Below the pieces are notes generated by a model. The model was not told where the DNA came from. It did no database searches and saw only the letters and a list, made by a program, of their open reading frames with translations. From contig CBDDPY010000002.1 of NCBI GenBank assembly GCA_965232515.1, forward strand, positions 6,080,001-6,144,000: a stretch of DNA of 64,000 bases. Reading direction: 5' to 3'. This DNA comes from Alphaproteobacteria bacterium (GTDB lineage: Bacteria > Pseudomonadota > Alphaproteobacteria > GCA-2731375). Below, in pieces: positions 8,571 through 18,087 of the stretch. The first letter of the stretch is position 1; the number at the start of each line of letters is the position of its first letter. Made by a program: the position numbers and the translations under genes.

Positions 8571-10208
8571 ATGAACATGCTCGCAGGCATTCTTTTGGCC
8601 ATTGGGTCGTTGCTAGGTGCGCTGCTGGCATCGAAGTCGGTGGATGCGGCGTTCTACTGGCACGGACTGCTGCTGTGCGTCGTGAGCGTTGCCGGCCTGA
8701 TCGTCCTGGTCAAGCGTCATTATGACGCCGCAGCCGTGGCGTCGACTGGACAAGTCGCGGTCACCACCAGCGGCACCGGCGTGGTCTACAACGACGCCGT
8801 CGTGCGGGCCGGCGTTATCGCCTCAATGTTCTGGGGCATCGTCGGCTTCCTGGCCGGTCTGGTGATCGCGCTGCAGCTGGCGTTCCCGATTCTGAACCTG
8901 GATCTGCCCTGGACCACCTTCGGCCGTCTGCGGCCGGTGCACACGTCGGCGGTGATCTTCGCCTTCGGCGGCAACGTGCTGATCGCCACCTCGTTTCATG
9001 TCGTGCAGCGGACCTGCCGCGCGCGGCTCGCCGGCGAGCTGGCGCCTTGGTTCGTATTCTGGGGCTATCAGTTCTTCATCGTGCTGGCGGCGACCGGCTA
9101 CATCTTCGGCATCACGCAGTCGAAGGAGTATGCCGAGCCGGAATGGTATGTCGATCTGTGGCTGACCATCGTCTGGGTCGTCTACCTGCTGGTCTTCCTG
9201 GGCACGCTGTGGCGTCGGCAGGAGCCGCACATCTATGTGGCGAACTGGTTCTACCTGGCGTTCATCGTCACCATCGCCATGCTGCACATCGTCAACAACC
9301 TGGCGGTGCCGGTCTCGCCGTTCGGCGCCAAGAGCTATGTGCTGTTCGCCGGCGTGCAGGATGCGCTGACGCAGTGGTGGTACGGGCATAACGCCGTCGG
9401 CTTCTTCCTGACAGCGGGCTTCCTCGGCATCATGTACTACTTCGTGCCGAAGCAGGCCGAGCGGCCGGTCTATTCCTACCGGCTGTCGATCATCCACTTC
9501 TGGGCGCTGATCTTTCTCTACATCTGGGCCGGTCCACACCACCTGCACTACACGGCGCTGCCGGACTGGGCGCAAACGCTGGGAATGACCTTCTCGATCA
9601 TGCTGTGGATGCCGTCCTGGGGCGGCATGATCAACGGCTTGATGACGTTGTCCGGCGCCTGGGACAAGCTGCGCACCGATCCGGTGCTGCGCATGCTGGT
9701 GGTGTCGGTCGCGTTCTACGGCATGAGCACCTTCGAGGGCCCGCTGATGTCGGTGAAGGCCGTGAACGCGCTCAGCCACTATACGGACTGGACCGTCGGC
9801 CACGTGCATTCCGGCGCGCTCGGCTGGGTCGGCTTCGTCAGCTTCGGCGCGCTCTACCACCTGGTACCGGTGCTGTGGCGGCGGCAACAGCTTTACTCGC
9901 TGCGCCTGGTCAGCCTGCACTTCTGGATCGCGACGCTCGGCATCGTCCTCTACATCACCGCGATGTGGGTCTCGGGCATCATGCAGGGCCTGATGTGGCG
10001 GGCCTACGACTCGCTCGGCTTCCTGGAATACTCCTTTGTCGAGACGGTCGAAGCGATGCATCCGTTCTACGTGATCCGCGCGCTCGGCGGTCTGCTGTTC
10101 GTGCTGGGCTCGCTGGTCATGGCCTACAACCTCTGGCGCACCGTGCGCGGCGACGTGCGTGAAGAAAAGCCGATGGCGGCGGCCCCCGTGGCTGCCCCGG
10201 CGGAATAG
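8571..10208 (+). CDS. ccoN: cbb3-type cytochrome c oxidase subunit I
   Basis: [50 protein letters not shown]; ATG 8571 preceded by AGAGG. Confidence 0.98.
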   Translation: MNMLAGILLAIGSLLGALLASKSVDAAFYWHGLLLCVVSVAGLIVLVKRHYDAAAVASTGQVAVTTSGTGVVYNDAVVRAGVIASMFWGIVGFLAGLVIALQLAFPILNLDLPWTTFGRLRPVHTSAVIFAFGGNVLIATSFHVVQRTCRARLAGELAPWFVFWGYQFFIVLAATGYIFGITQSKEYAEPEWYVDLWLTIVWVVYLLVFLGTLWRRQEPHIYVANWFYLAFIVTIAMLHIVNNLAVPVSPFGAKSYVLFAGVQDALTQWWYGHNAVGFFLTAGFLGIMYYFVPKQAERPVYSYRLSIIHFWALIFLYIWAGPHHLHYTALPDWAQTLGMTFSIMLWMPSWGGMINGLMTLSGAWDKLRTDPVLRMLVVSVAFYGMSTFEGPLMSVKAVNALSHYTDWTVGHVHSGALGWVGFVSFGALYHLVPVLWRRQQLYSLRLVSLHFWIATLGIVLYITAMWVSGIMQGLMWRAYDSLGFLEYSFVETVEAMHPFYVIRALGGLLFVLGSLVMAYNLWRTVRGDVREEKPMAAAPVAAPAE

Positions 10209-10220
10209 GAGTACGGCGAC

Positions 10221-10946
10221 ATGTTCCGTCACGCGACCATCGAAAAGAACTCGATCCTCCTCACCGTGCTGACGCTGATCGTCGTGTCGATCGGCGGCAT
10301 CGTCGAGATCTCGCCGCTGTTCTACCTCGAGAGCACGATTGAGAAGGTGAAGGGGGTGCGGCCCTACTCGCCGCTCGAGCTGGCCGGCCGCAACATTTAC
10401 ATCCGTGAGGGTTGCTATACCTGCCACTCGCAGATGATCCGTTCGTTGCGCGACGAGGTCGAGCGCTACGGCCACTACAGCCTGGCGGCCGAGAGCATGT
10501 ACGACCATCCCTTCCAGTGGGGCTCGAAGCGGACCGGGCCGGATCTGGCGCGGGTCGGCGGCCGCTATTCCGATGCCTGGCACGTACAGCACATGATCAA
10601 TCCGCGCTCGGTGGTGCCGGAATCGATCATGCCGGGCTATCCGTTCCTGGCCACCAAGGCGCTCAATTTCGACCGCATCGCCGATGACCTGAAGGCCAAT
10701 CGCGCGGTTGGCGTGCCCTACGACGACACCATGATCGAAGTGGCGGTCAGCGACGTGCGCACGCAGGTCGATCCCGACGCCGACGATTTCGATGCCTTCA
10801 TGGAGCGCTATCCCGGCGCCCAGGTGCGCGATTTCGACGGCAACCCGCAGATGATCACCGAGCTCGACGCGCTCATCGCCTATCTGCAGGTGCTGGGCAC
10901 GATGGTCGATTTCAGCGCCTACGAGGCGCAGGAAAACCTTCGCTAG
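10221..10946 (+). CDS. ccoO: cbb3-type cytochrome c oxidase subunit II
   Basis: [13 protein letters not shown] heme c motif, [14 protein letters not shown]. Confidence 0.98.
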   Translation: MFRHATIEKNSILLTVLTLIVVSIGGIVEISPLFYLESTIEKVKGVRPYSPLELAGRNIYIREGCYTCHSQMIRSLRDEVERYGHYSLAAESMYDHPFQWGSKRTGPDLARVGGRYSDAWHVQHMINPRSVVPESIMPGYPFLATKALNFDRIADDLKANRAVGVPYDDTMIEVAVSDVRTQVDPDADDFDAFMERYPGAQVRDFDGNPQMITELDALIAYLQVLGTMVDFSAYEAQENLR

Positions 10947-10957
10947 GGGAGGGCGGC

Positions 10958-11107
10958 ATGGACTACGAAGCGGTTTCCAGGTTCGCCCAGACCTATGGCC
11001 TGGTCTATCTGTTCATTCTGTTCCTCGGTGTCGTGGTTTATGCGCTGTGGCCGAGCAACCGGCGGAAGTTCAAGGACGCCGCCGAGATCCCGCTGAAGGA
11101 GGATTGA
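10958..11107 (+). CDS. ccoQ: cbb3-type cytochrome c oxidase subunit IV (49 aa, absent from ORF track)
   Basis: Translated by hand: MDYEAVSRFAQTYGLVYLFILFLGVVVYALWPSNRRKFKDAAEIPLKED; GGAGG RBS; lies between ccoO and ccoP. Confidence 0.95.
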   Translation: MDYEAVSRFAQTYGLVYLFILFLGVVVYALWPSNRRKFKDAAEIPLKED

Positions 11108-11111
11108 GGTC

Positions 11112-11981
11112 ATGGCGGAGAATCGCGAGGTCGACCAGCTCAGCGGAATCGAGACGACCGGACACGAATGGGACGGTATCCGTGAGCTGAACAATCCGCT
11201 GCCGCGTTGGTGGGTCTGGACGTTCTACGTCACCATCGTCTGGTCCATCGGCTATTGGATCGTCATGCCGGCCTGGCCGCTGGTGACGGACTATACGGCC
11301 GGCGTGCTGGGTTATTCGCAGCGCGGCGTGGTCGCGCAACAGCTGGCCGAGCGGCAGGCGGCCCAGCAGGTCTACACCGACCGCATCGCCGGCGCCTCGC
11401 TCGACGAGATCCGCAGCGATCCGGAACTGCTGGCCTTCGCGCTCGCCGGCGGTGGGTCGGCCTTCGCCGTCAACTGCTCGCAGTGCCATGGTTCCGGCGC
11501 CGCCGGATCGGTCGGCTATCCGAACCTGAACGACGACGAATGGATCTGGGGCGGCACGCTCGACGCCATCCAGCACACGATCAACTTCGGTATCCGCTCG
11601 GATCACGAGGAGACCCGACTGAACGACATGCCGGCATTCCTGGTCGACGAGCTGCTGACCCGAGAGGAGGTCGCGGACGTCGCTGAGTATGTCCTGTCGC
11701 TGAGCGGTCGGGCCGAGGACCAGGAGGCGGTCGCCCGCGGCCAGGAGATCTACGTCGAGCAGTGCGCGGCCTGCCACCAGGACGACGGCAGGGGCGATCA
11801 GGAACTGGGCGCACCTGATCTGACGGACGCGATCTGGCTCTATGGCGGCGACCGCGAGACCGTGGTCGAGAGCATCGCCTATAGCCGTCGCGGCGTGATG
11901 CCGCCGTGGGTCGACCGGCTGAGCCCGGCGGCGATCAAGCAGTTGGCCGTCTATGTGCACACACTGGGGGGCGGCGAATAA
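11112..11981 (+). CDS. ccoP: cbb3-type cytochrome c oxidase subunit III
   Basis: TTGHEWDGIRELNNPLPRWW; two heme motifs CSQCH and CAACH. Confidence 0.98.
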   Translation: MAENREVDQLSGIETTGHEWDGIRELNNPLPRWWVWTFYVTIVWSIGYWIVMPAWPLVTDYTAGVLGYSQRGVVAQQLAERQAAQQVYTDRIAGASLDEIRSDPELLAFALAGGGSAFAVNCSQCHGSGAAGSVGYPNLNDDEWIWGGTLDAIQHTINFGIRSDHEETRLNDMPAFLVDELLTREEVADVAEYVLSLSGRAEDQEAVARGQEIYVEQCAACHQDDGRGDQELGAPDLTDAIWLYGGDRETVVESIAYSRRGVMPPWVDRLSPAAIKQLAVYVHTLGGGE

Positions 11982-12027
11982 CTCGCCGTAATTGGCGCCG
12001 GCAACGGCGACAGGGGATAGAGTGGTG

Positions 12028-13515
12028 ATGAACCAGGTCTCGGTTGCCAGGGGGACAGCCGCGGGACCCGGCGTCGACCGCGTCGATGTCGAGCCCGTCA
12101 ACAAGGCCGAGCACCGTCAGCTCTACAAGAAGCGGGAGAAGATCCACCCGCGCCTGGCGCGCGGCAATTTCCGCAAGCTGAAATGGGTCATCATGGCGGT
12201 GACCCTGTCGGTCTATTACCTGGCGCCCTGGATCCGTTGGGACCGCGGGCCGAACACGCCAGACCAGGCCATCCTGATCGATTTTCCGGCCCGGCGGTTC
12301 TATTTCTTCTTCATCGAGATCTGGCCGCAGGAGGTCTACTACCTCACCGGTCTCCTGATCCTGGCCGCATTGAGTCTGTTCCTGATCACCAGCCTCGCCG
12401 GCCGGGTCTGGTGCGGCTACACCTGTCCGCAGACCGTCTGGACCGACCTGTTCATCGCCGTCGAACGCCTTGTCGAGGGCGATCGCGGCGCCCGCATCCG
12501 CCTCGACAAGCAGTCGTTCAGCGTTGGGAAAATGACCAAGCGTGTGGTCAAGCACGCGATCTGGCTGCTGATCGCGGTCTGCACCGGCGGCGCCTGGGTG
12601 TTCTACTTCGCCGACGCGCCGACGCTGGCCGCCGACCTGTTGACCTTCCAGGCGCCGCAGGTCGCCTATATCTCGATCGGCGTGCTGACGGCGACGACCT
12701 ACATGTTCGGCGGCCTCGCCCGCGAGCAGGTCTGTACCTACATGTGCCCCTGGCCGCGCATCCAGGCCGCGATGGTCGACGACGACACGCTGATCGTCAC
12801 CTACCAGCGCGAACGCGGCGAACCGCGCGGTCCGCATCGCAAGGGCGAGAGCTGGGAAGGCCGCGGCCATTGTATTGACTGCAATCAGTGTGTCGCCGTC
12901 TGTCCCATGGGGATCGACATCCGCGACGGCATGCAGCTGGAGTGCATCTCCTGCGCGCTCTGCATCGACGCCTGCAACGATGTCATGGACCGGATCGACC
13001 TGCCGCGCGGTCTGATCGGCTACGACACCACGTCGAACATGGTCCGCCGGGCGCGCGGCGAGCCGACGCAGTCGCACATCTTCCGTCCGCGCACGCTGAT
13101 CTATGCCAGCGTGATCGTCGCCGTTGGCCTGATCATGCTCGGCGTGCTGCTGACCCGACCGTCGCTCGACGTCAACGTGCTGCGGGACCGCAACCCGTTG
13201 TTCGTGACCCTCTCGGACGGCAGCCTGCGCAATGGCTATACGCTGAAGATCCTCAACAAGCAGCATGAGACGCGCACGTTCGGCCTGGCGGTCGATGGCG
13301 TGCCGCAGGCGGAGATCAAGGTGGTTGGCGCTGGCAACGAGAGCGGCTCGTCTCTCTCGGTCGGATCGGACCGGCTGGGCGCATTCCGAATTTTCGTAAC
13401 GCTGCCGGCGAGCGCCGTGAACGCCGAGTCGACGCCGATCGGCTTCGTCGTCACCGACAACACGGACGGCACGACGGCGCGGTACGACAGCGTCTTCCTG
13501 GGGCCGGGCGCATGA
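12028..13515 (+). CDS. ccoG: Cytochrome c oxidase accessory protein CcoG/FixG (4Fe-4S)
   Basis: GRVWCGYTCPQTVWTD, CTYMCPWPRIQ, CIDCNQCVAVCP, CISCALCIDAC. Confidence 0.96.
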   Translation: MNQVSVARGTAAGPGVDRVDVEPVNKAEHRQLYKKREKIHPRLARGNFRKLKWVIMAVTLSVYYLAPWIRWDRGPNTPDQAILIDFPARRFYFFFIEIWPQEVYYLTGLLILAALSLFLITSLAGRVWCGYTCPQTVWTDLFIAVERLVEGDRGARIRLDKQSFSVGKMTKRVVKHAIWLLIAVCTGGAWVFYFADAPTLAADLLTFQAPQVAYISIGVLTATTYMFGGLAREQVCTYMCPWPRIQAAMVDDDTLIVTYQRERGEPRGPHRKGESWEGRGHCIDCNQCVAVCPMGIDIRDGMQLECISCALCIDACNDVMDRIDLPRGLIGYDTTSNMVRRARGEPTQSHIFRPRTLIYASVIVAVGLIMLGVLLTRPSLDVNVLRDRNPLFVTLSDGSLRNGYTLKILNKQHETRTFGLAVDGVPQAEIKVVGAGNESGSSLSVGSDRLGAFRIFVTLPASAVNAESTPIGFVVTDNTDGTTARYDSVFLGPGA

Positions 13516-14003
13516 TCGGCGTTGGCGCAAAAACCCTGACCGGCCGCCGCGTGCTGGCCTATCTGCTCGGATTCTTCGGGCTGATCTTCGCCGTGAATGG
13601 CGTCTTCGTTTATTTCGCGCTGAGCAGCTTCAACGGCGTGCATACGGAGAATGCCTACATCAAAGGGCTGAACTACAACGCGATGATCGAGGCCGCCGAG
13701 CAGCAGGCGGCGCTCGGCTGGCGGATGGAGACCGTCCTGACCCCGACCGAACGGGGCGGCATCTTGACCGTGACCATGCGCACCGCCGACGGCGAGCCGG
13801 TCGACGGACTGGGGATTAACGGTATGTTCTGGCGGCCGGCGCAGGATGGCATGGACCGGCCGGTGGTTCTGCACCAGGTCGGCGCCGGCCGCTACGACGC
13901 CCAGGTCGACCTGCCGGTGCGCGGACAATGGGATCTGAGACTGGTGGCGACAGCACGCGACGGCGCCACCTATCGCAGCGCGGAGCGGGTATGGCTGAAG
14001 TAG
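13512..14003 (+). CDS. ccoH: CcoH/FixH family protein
   Basis: LTGRRVLAYLLGFFGLIFAVNG single TM, G.WDL C-terminus; lies between ccoG and ccoI. Confidence 0.92.
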   Translation: MIGVGAKTLTGRRVLAYLLGFFGLIFAVNGVFVYFALSSFNGVHTENAYIKGLNYNAMIEAAEQQAALGWRMETVLTPTERGGILTVTMRTADGEPVDGLGINGMFWRPAQDGMDRPVVLHQVGAGRYDAQVDLPVRGQWDLRLVATARDGATYRSAERVWLK

Positions 14004-16231
14004 CGGCGATCCCGACCAGCCGCGGACCGGCCGACGACGTCGTCGGTCCGGAGGCCTACGTGCGCGTCGACGCCAAGGGCATGGCGCACCTGCATCTTCT
14101 GGTCGAGAACCTGCATTGCGGCAAATGCGTGCAGGCGATCGAGGGCGCGTTGCGGCCACAGCCGGCGGTGACCGAAGCGCGCGTGAACATGACGACCCGC
14201 CGCCTGGCGTTGAGCTGGCGCGTCGACGGCGCCGGCGCCGGTGAGTTGCTCGCGCCGGTGACGGCGCTCGGTTACCGGCTGGTGCCGTTCAATCCCGCCG
14301 CGCTGGAAAGCAACGCCGCCGAGCAGGATCGCATGTTGCTGCGTTGCGTCGCCGTCGCCGGCTTTGCCGCGGCGAACGTGATGCTGCTGTCGGTCTCGGT
14401 CTGGGCCGGCGCCTTCTCCGACGATATGGGGCCGGCGACGCGCGATTTCCTGCACTGGATATCGGCCCTGATTGCGATGCCGGCCGTGGCCTACGCGGGC
14501 CGGCCGTTCTTCCGCTCGGCGGCCGCCGTGTTGCGCAACGGCGCCACAAACATGGACGTGCCGATCTCGCTCGCCGTCCTGCTCGCCACCGGCATGAGCC
14601 TGCAGCAAACCATTGTCAGCGGTCCGCACGCCTATTTCGACGCCTCGGTCACGCTGCTGTTCTTCCTGTTGATCGGCCGCTACCTCGACCGGCGTGCCCG
14701 CAGCCGCGCGCGCGATGCGGCCGAGCAGCTGATGCTGCTGGGCGCGGTCGCGGCGACGGTCATCGAGCCGGACGGCCAGCGTCGGGCGCGTCCGGTGGGC
14801 GCTGTCAGGCCCGGCATGGCCGTCGCGGTGGCGCCTGGCGACCGGCTGCCGGTCGACGGGCGTGTCCGCGCCGGTCAATCGACGGTCGATACCAGTCTGG
14901 TCACTGGCGAGACGATGCCGCTGTCGGTGGCGCCGGGCACGGACGTTTTTGCCGGCACCCTCAATCTCGATGCGCCGCTGGAGGTGACGGTGACGGCGGC
15001 CGGCGAGGGCACGCTGCTGGCCGAGATCGTGCGCCTGATCGAGGCCGCGGCGCAGGGGCGCGATCGCTACGTGCGTCTCGCCGACCGGTTCTCCCGGGTT
15101 TATGCGCCGGCCGTGCATCTGCTTGCGGGTGGCGCATTTGTCGGCTGGCTGCTGCTGGGCGGGCTCGCCTGGCAGCCGGCGCTGATGATCGCCGTCGCCG
15201 TGCTGATCATCACCTGTCCTTGCGCGTTGGGTCTGGCCGTGCCGGCGGTGCAGGTCGTGGCCAGTGGCCGTCTGATGCGCCGCGGCGTGCTGGTCAAGGC
15301 GGCCGACGGCCTGGAGCGCTTGGCGGACGCCGATACGGTGGTGTTCGACAAAACCGGCACGCTGACGGTCGGCCGGCCGGAACTGACCAACCGTCAGGAC
15401 GTGTCGAACGAGGATTTGACGATCGCGGCCTCGCTGGCGGCGGCCAGTCGGCACCCGCTCGCCCGCGCGCTCAGCCGCGCCGCCGGTCCGACGCCGCTGC
15501 GCGATGGTGTGCGCGAAACCGCCGGTATGGGACTGGCCGCGCCCGTCGACGGTGGCGAAGCGCGGCTTGGCAATGCCGCCTGGTGCGAGGTGACCGCGAC
15601 GGACGAGACGGCGCCCGGCTCGGAGCTCTGGCTGCGGCGGCCCGGCGCCGAACCGGTCCGGTTCGCCTTCGAGGATCGGCTGCGCGACGACGCCGAGCAT
15701 GTCGTGGCGGAGCTGCGGCGGCGCGGGCTGGCGGTGGAGCTGTTGTCCGGCGACCGCGCACCCGTTGTCGCAGCCGTGGCCGAGCGTCTCGGTATCGAAC
15801 GCTGGTCGGCCGGCTGCCGGCCGGCGGGCAAGGTGGCGCGGCTGGAGGCACTGGCGAACGAGGGACGCAAGGTGCTGATGGTCGGCGACGGTCTGAACGA
15901 TGCGCCGGCGCTGGCGGCGGCCCACGCCTCGATGTCGCCCGCCGAGGCCGCCGATATCAGCCGCACGGCCGCCGATTTCGTGTTTCAGGGCCGGCGCCTG
16001 ACGCCGATCGTCGGCACGCTGGACCTGTCCCGGCGGGCGCGCCATCTGGTGCTGCAGAACTTCGCGCTGGCGCTGGCCTACAACGTGATCGCCGTGCCGA
16101 TCGCGCTCGCCGGCCTGGTGACGCCGCTGATCGCGGCGGTGGCGATGTCGTCTTCGTCGCTGATCGTCACGCTGAACGCCTTGCGGCTGCGGCGCGGCGG
16201 CATCGCGGCCGGAACGGATGCGGGCCGATGA
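13991..16231 (+). CDS. ccoI: Copper-translocating P1B ATPase CcoI/FixI
   Basis: CGKC metal-binding domain, TGE, CPC, DKTGT, GDGLND. Confidence 0.95.
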   Translation: MAEVAAIPTSRGPADDVVGPEAYVRVDAKGMAHLHLLVENLHCGKCVQAIEGALRPQPAVTEARVNMTTRRLALSWRVDGAGAGELLAPVTALGYRLVPFNPAALESNAAEQDRMLLRCVAVAGFAAANVMLLSVSVWAGAFSDDMGPATRDFLHWISALIAMPAVAYAGRPFFRSAAAVLRNGATNMDVPISLAVLLATGMSLQQTIVSGPHAYFDASVTLLFFLLIGRYLDRRARSRARDAAEQLMLLGAVAATVIEPDGQRRARPVGAVRPGMAVAVAPGDRLPVDGRVRAGQSTVDTSLVTGETMPLSVAPGTDVFAGTLNLDAPLEVTVTAAGEGTLLAEIVRLIEAAAQGRDRYVRLADRFSRVYAPAVHLLAGGAFVGWLLLGGLAWQPALMIAVAVLIITCPCALGLAVPAVQVVASGRLMRRGVLVKAADGLERLADADTVVFDKTGTLTVGRPELTNRQDVSNEDLTIAASLAAASRHPLARALSRAAGPTPLRDGVRETAGMGLAAPVDGGEARLGNAAWCEVTATDETAPGSELWLRRPGAEPVRFAFEDRLRDDAEHVVAELRRRGLAVELLSGDRAPVVAAVAERLGIERWSAGCRPAGKVARLEALANEGRKVLMVGDGLNDAPALAAAHASMSPAEAADISRTAADFVFQGRRLTPIVGTLDLSRRARHLVLQNFALALAYNVIAVPIALAGLVTPLIAAVAMSSSSLIVTLNALRLRRGGIAAGTDAGR

Positions 16232-16395
16232 CCGGTCTGGTCTATCTCATACCGGTGGCGCTGTTTCTGGGACTGCTGGGCCTCGCCGCCTTTCTCTGGA
16301 CGCTGCGGTCCGGGCAATACGACGACCTCGACGGCGCCGCCCATCGCATCCTGTTCGACGACGACAATCCATCGGACGACCAGCGGCCGAAATAG
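16228..16395 (+). CDS. ccoS: cbb3 oxidase maturation protein CcoS/FixS
   Basis: MTGLVYLIPVALFLG..FLWTLRSGQYDDLDGAAHRILFDD; ATGA overlap with the ccoI stop. Confidence 0.95.
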   Translation: MTGLVYLIPVALFLGLLGLAAFLWTLRSGQYDDLDGAAHRILFDDDNPSDDQRPK

Positions 16396-16399
16396 AGCG

Positions 16400-17179
16400 T
16401 CAGGCCGGCGGCTCGATCATCGCACGGTAGGCGTGCCAGGTGGCGTGGCCAACCAGCGGGAACGTGACAATCAGGCCAAGATAGCCGAAGGCGATGCCGA
16501 AGCCGGTGATCAGCGCGATCAGCCAGGCCCAGAGCAGCATGACCTTGAAGTTCTGGCGCACGACCTGAACGCTGGTGAGCATCGCGGTGATGGCGTCGAG
16601 GTCGCGGACCATCAGCATCGGCACCGAGATCGCCGACACGGCAAAGGCGATGAAGGCCAGGACGCCGCCCGCGGCGGAACCGATGGCGAGGAAGATCAGC
16701 CCCCTTGGCGTGAACAGGAGCGTCGGCACGAATTCCGACAGCGGCGGATAGTCCGCGCCGTAGAACACGGCGAACAGCAGCGTCGCGACGCGGATCCAGG
16801 CGAGGATGAAGAAGGTTAGCAGGGCGCCGATAAAGGCAAGCTGAGTTGGCGAGGCGGTGGCGACGAAAATCACGTCGCGGGCCAGGATCGGCTGATTGGC
16901 CTCAAGCCGGCGGCTTTTTTCGTAGAGGCCGACCGCCAGCATCGGGCCGATCAGCATGAAGCCCGCCGCCATCGGCAGCACCAGGGGGAACAGATCGAAT
17001 GCCAACAACGCGCCGGTCATGGCGAAGCTGGCGACCGTGACGGCGAGGCCGTAAAGCAGACTGATGCCCGGCGAGCGCCACAGGTCGCGCCAGCCGGCGG
17101 CGAGCCATGTCCAGGGCTGCTCCATATCCACCTTGCGCACGACAGGCGGCGCAGGCGGCGTATAGGTGTCTGTCGTCAC
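16400..17179 (-). CDS. DUF2189 integral membrane protein
   Basis: PWTWLAAGWRDLWR, GFMLIGPMLAVGLYEKSRRLE, PLVGHATWHAYR. Confidence 0.88.
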   Translation of the reverse strand: MTTDTYTPPAPPVVRKVDMEQPWTWLAAGWRDLWRSPGISLLYGLAVTVASFAMTGALLAFDLFPLVLPMAAGFMLIGPMLAVGLYEKSRRLEANQPILARDVIFVATASPTQLAFIGALLTFFILAWIRVATLLFAVFYGADYPPLSEFVPTLLFTPRGLIFLAIGSAAGGVLAFIAFAVSAISVPMLMVRDLDAITAMLTSVQVVRQNFKVMLLWAWLIALITGFGIAFGYLGLIVTFPLVGHATWHAYRAMIEPPA

Positions 17180-17255
17180 AGCATGCGTTCCTTTCCCGAT
17201 GCCGAATACCGCTCCAGGTTATGTGCAATCATACGTGATCAGGTCAATCATGGGC

Positions 17256-17269
17256 TTGATTTCACGCAA
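17256..17269. promoter_or_regulatory. Probable second FNR/FixK-type box upstream of the DUF2189 gene
   Basis: TTGAT-TTCA-CGCAA: one perfect half-site, correct spacing, about 77 bp upstream of GTG 17179. Confidence 0.55.
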
Positions 17270-17322
17270 TCCGGGCCAAGGTCTAGCCGGAGACCGAAAT
17301 TGCCCGCACGAGGTGTCCGATC

Positions 17323-17862
17323 ATGCGCCGTCTGCTCCTCGCCATGGCCTTGCTTATCGTCTCTGCGCCGGCGTTCGCCGGTGCGAAATCGGCGCATGAC
17401 TTCAGTTTTACCAGTATCGACGGCGCGCCGCTGCCGCTCGATCGACTATCGGGAAAAGCCGTGCTGGTCGTCAATACCGCGTCATTTTGCGGCTTCACCC
17501 ACCAGTACGCCGACTTGCAGGCCCTTTGGCAGCGGTATCGTGACAAGGGTCTAGTGGTTCTGGGCGTGCCGTCGAACGATTTCGGCGGCCAGGAGCCGGG
17601 AACCGAGGCCGAAATCAAGGAATTCTGCGAGGTCAACTTCGACGTGGACTTCCCGCTGACCGAGAAGGTCAGCGTTCGCGGCGCCAAGGCGCACCCGTTT
17701 TATCAATGGGCCAAGGCCGAGCTGGGGGATGCCGCCGCGCCGCGCTGGAATTTCCACAAATATCTGGTCGCGCCCGATGGCCGGCTCGCCGGATGGTTTT
17801 CGACCCGCGAGCGGCCGGACAGTGAGCGACTGACGTCCGCCATCGACGCCGTGCTGCCTTGA
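17323..17862 (+). CDS. Glutathione peroxidase (Cys type) with signal peptide
   Basis: VVNTASFCGFT, PSNDFGGQEPG, PRWNFHKYL. Confidence 0.93.
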   Translation: MRRLLLAMALLIVSAPAFAGAKSAHDFSFTSIDGAPLPLDRLSGKAVLVVNTASFCGFTHQYADLQALWQRYRDKGLVVLGVPSNDFGGQEPGTEAEIKEFCEVNFDVDFPLTEKVSVRGAKAHPFYQWAKAELGDAAAPRWNFHKYLVAPDGRLAGWFSTRERPDSERLTSAIDAVLP

Positions 17863-17908
17863 CGTCGCCATTCGTGGACGACAGCTGGCGGCGATCGCCG
17901 GCATGGCC

Positions 17909-17934
17909 TTAAGACAACCTTAACGCGGTTTAAC
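17909..17934. promoter_or_regulatory. CtrA-type binding site (TTAA-N7-TTAAC plus a third TTAAC)
   Basis: TTAA-GACAACC-TTAAC at 17909-17924 and a further TTAAC at 17930-17934, in an AT-rich patch upstream of the pentapeptide gene. Confidence 0.7.
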
Positions 17935-18087
17935 AATAATTGTGATCACCATTTAGGCGTACCCATGTCTGGAGCCGGTCTCGGTGATATTCGCCGCACG
18001 GCACCTGATCGGCTGACAGACCGGGCGCGAGGGCATAGGTATGGTGATGTGCATTCCGCAGTCTGACGAGCTGTCCGGAGCGGTGGA

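Noticed and set aside
8823-10592. Long antisense ORFs (this one, and 11935-13530, 13970-16045, 19880-22531, 22537-24048, 40468-42129, 57620-59446, 59388-61361)
   Set aside because: Shadow frames of well-supported genes; high-GC codon bias suppresses stops on the opposite strand, and the translations have no motifs.
14344-16395. 683-aa ORF overlapping ccoI
   Set aside because: Arg/Gly-rich alternative frame; only the last 55 codons (ccoS, ATG 16228) are a real gene. No slippery site or reason to invoke a ccoI-ccoS frameshift fusion.
17323-17862. Glutathione peroxidase as a second selenoprotein
   Set aside because: The active-site codon is TGC (Cys); the AhpD-like, YqjG and 50517 GST active sites are also Cys codons.
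17965-18087. ATG 17965 ORF ending in a TGA (18064-18066) in frame with the pentapeptide gene, suggesting read-through
   Set aside because: No redox-Cys context, the extension looks non-coding, and TTG 18088 has its own GGAG RBS.
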